The notes below the pieces were generated by a model that was not told where the DNA came from, did no database searches, and worked only from the letters and a program-made list of their open reading frames with translations. 64,000 nucleotides of DNA from Iphione sp. A-MEVVRFRX5 (lineage: Eukaryota), in the NCBI GenBank assembly GCA_976226885.1, contig OZ320316.1, positions 44,144,001 through 44,208,000 on the forward strand, given 5' to 3'. Positions 62,143-64,000 of this stretch are shown here, piece by piece (the first letter of the stretch is position 1; every line of letters begins with the position of its first letter). The translations under genes and the position numbers were made by a program.

Positions 62143-64000
62143 CTTGTCTTGAGGACAGATCCCTGCAGACCTCCCGTCGCTGACGTGCTTTCCTGGCCAC
62201 ACTCTTTGACAGCTACGTGTGATTATGCGGCTGGGGTTCATGAGACAGAATCGACATGTTTGCTTCATTGCCTTCAGAAATGGTGTAGAATGTTTCCAGA
62301 CAGCCAGTTTAATTTTGTGACTGGTGGTAGATTGGAATGTTCTGTATGGATATCAGTGACGGGTTCAAGATACCACGCCCTCAACCCCTACAACCCATTC
62401 TACTAACTGAGGGACAGCATGTTGCCTCCCATGGGAGGTGATGGCGAGGCAAGTCCTAGAGAAATGTTCTGAAAGGTTCGTGCTAAATAGTGCATTACAG
62501 CTTGGTATTTTGTAAACTTATTCTGAATGGTTGACGTTTTAACGCTTTGAAACCTTTCTTTAAATCTAAAGCGTAACAATCCTCGGCCGTCCACCCTAGA
62601 CCCGTCACCAGTGTCTCTAAGCGGTAAGAAAATGACATGTTTATCCTCAGTAAGCGTTTGAAACATCAAAAGAAAAGCTGCAACAGCATTGTGTTGACAA
62701 TTGTTTTCCGAAAAACGTTGGTGTGTAGAACACGTATTAGATTTAGTTGGAAGACATTTCCTGATATTGAAGTAGGTATGAGAAGCATGTCTCTATTACT
62801 GTCATTAGAATATAGTTTAACATTTAGGAACTTGAATAATAGCTGAAACATCGAGAGAGGAAACTGTTAAAAGATCTAAGTTTTGTAATACATCATGTTC
62901 ATTTCTATCTTAGCATATCTCTTTTATTTTTCTAAATACCAACAGTTCAAACCATTTGTATCGATAAAATGTTCAAACCCTCTCTGGTGTTCTATCGTCA
63001 TTTCACAAACTATCACTCACGCCACCCAAAAAAAGTGGGCAGGGTACATCTTAGTTCTTCATTTTTACGTACATGTTGTAGTTACTCGCCCATGATACAG
63101 AGTATACATGTCTTAAAATGCGCTTTTTAAGCCACGGGTTGTTCTATTCTTTGTTACAATAAATGATCGTTAAAATATTCATAATCCAAGACGTGTTTAT
63201 GGTGTGCCATGTAATTGATATATAATACCGTTTTGTAAACTAGCATGGTTTGAAACACTGTTCTATAGTGTATATATATGGGCACATATGGGGCGAGATT
63301 TTACTAGATTCTGAATTCAGTTTAAGAATTGGTAACGTCATTTGGTCTGGTCGAATACTGTCTTGCCCCAATACTGGGTTGCCCCATATGTAAGTTGAAT
63401 TTAAACAGAGGGAAATTAGAACCATTCCCTGAGGGTTACCGTTTAAGTCAGCAACTTGCCTGCCCTTCATACTTCTACAGGCACACATAGCTCCAGACAA
63501 CGAATACAATCGAACATGCTTACTGACGGAATACTAAAACATCGATTATGATCGCAGAAAAAACGGTATTCTCAGGAATTGTGAGAAAATGCCTAATATA
63601 AAAGGAAACATGATTGGAAGAACAGCAGCAAGGAGCTCCACTAAAGTTCTTTGTTCATTTTGTTTTGTTTCTATTTTCATCCCTTTTGCGCTCACTGTAT
63701 CTCTGTCTGCCTGTCAAAATCAACAAACAGAAATATAAAGAGAAAAGGATCGCCAAATCCTCAAGTAAGTGGTGGTCCACTATGGCCAATGTAGGAGGAC
63801 TGCATATAGATTGGAAGCAGACTTCAACTATGCTGTCAGACTAGTGATTTTGTAAGAATCATTTTTAAATGCCTAAATAACAATCCATGGTAACCCAGAA
63901 ATTCAACTTGCCTACATCGCTGCTCAAAAGACCTCGACTAATATAATTTCTATAACAGAACCAATTTAATCACTTATGTTTAAAACAGACCAATTATAGT

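Overview
Animal genomic DNA with spliceosomal introns, about 38-40% GC by eye and very rich in transposable elements. A USP gene and a Meta-core-like SINE suggest a non-ecdysozoan invertebrate such as a mollusc or annelid (inference). Three host genes could be assembled exon by exon: DPM3 (+, 4 coding exons, 5039-9644), NCKIPSD/SPIN90 (-, 12 coding exons, 18475-11418, one GC-AG intron) and a universal stress protein gene (+, 4 exons, 36700-62142). The 21.7-kb first intron of the USP gene holds a nested TE island. Mobile elements include two Penelope-like elements of one family, each with a hammerhead-ribozyme-like motif, and a 206-bp hammerhead-bearing insert with a 16-bp TSD inside the first one. 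There is also a full-length piggyBac whose transposase has two introns, several MITEs, a tRNA-derived SINE, a decayed RNase-H LINE and two Gypsy elements. The most striking object is a young Gypsy-type element (47730-54870). Its LTRs differ at only 2 of 505 positions and carry four perfect heat-shock elements upstream of a TATA box. It keeps intact gag, a -1 frameshift signal and a 598-aa double zinc-finger ORF in the env position, but pol is destroyed, and it sits in sense orientation inside a stress gene. All calls were made by eye; no database searches or folding programs were run.
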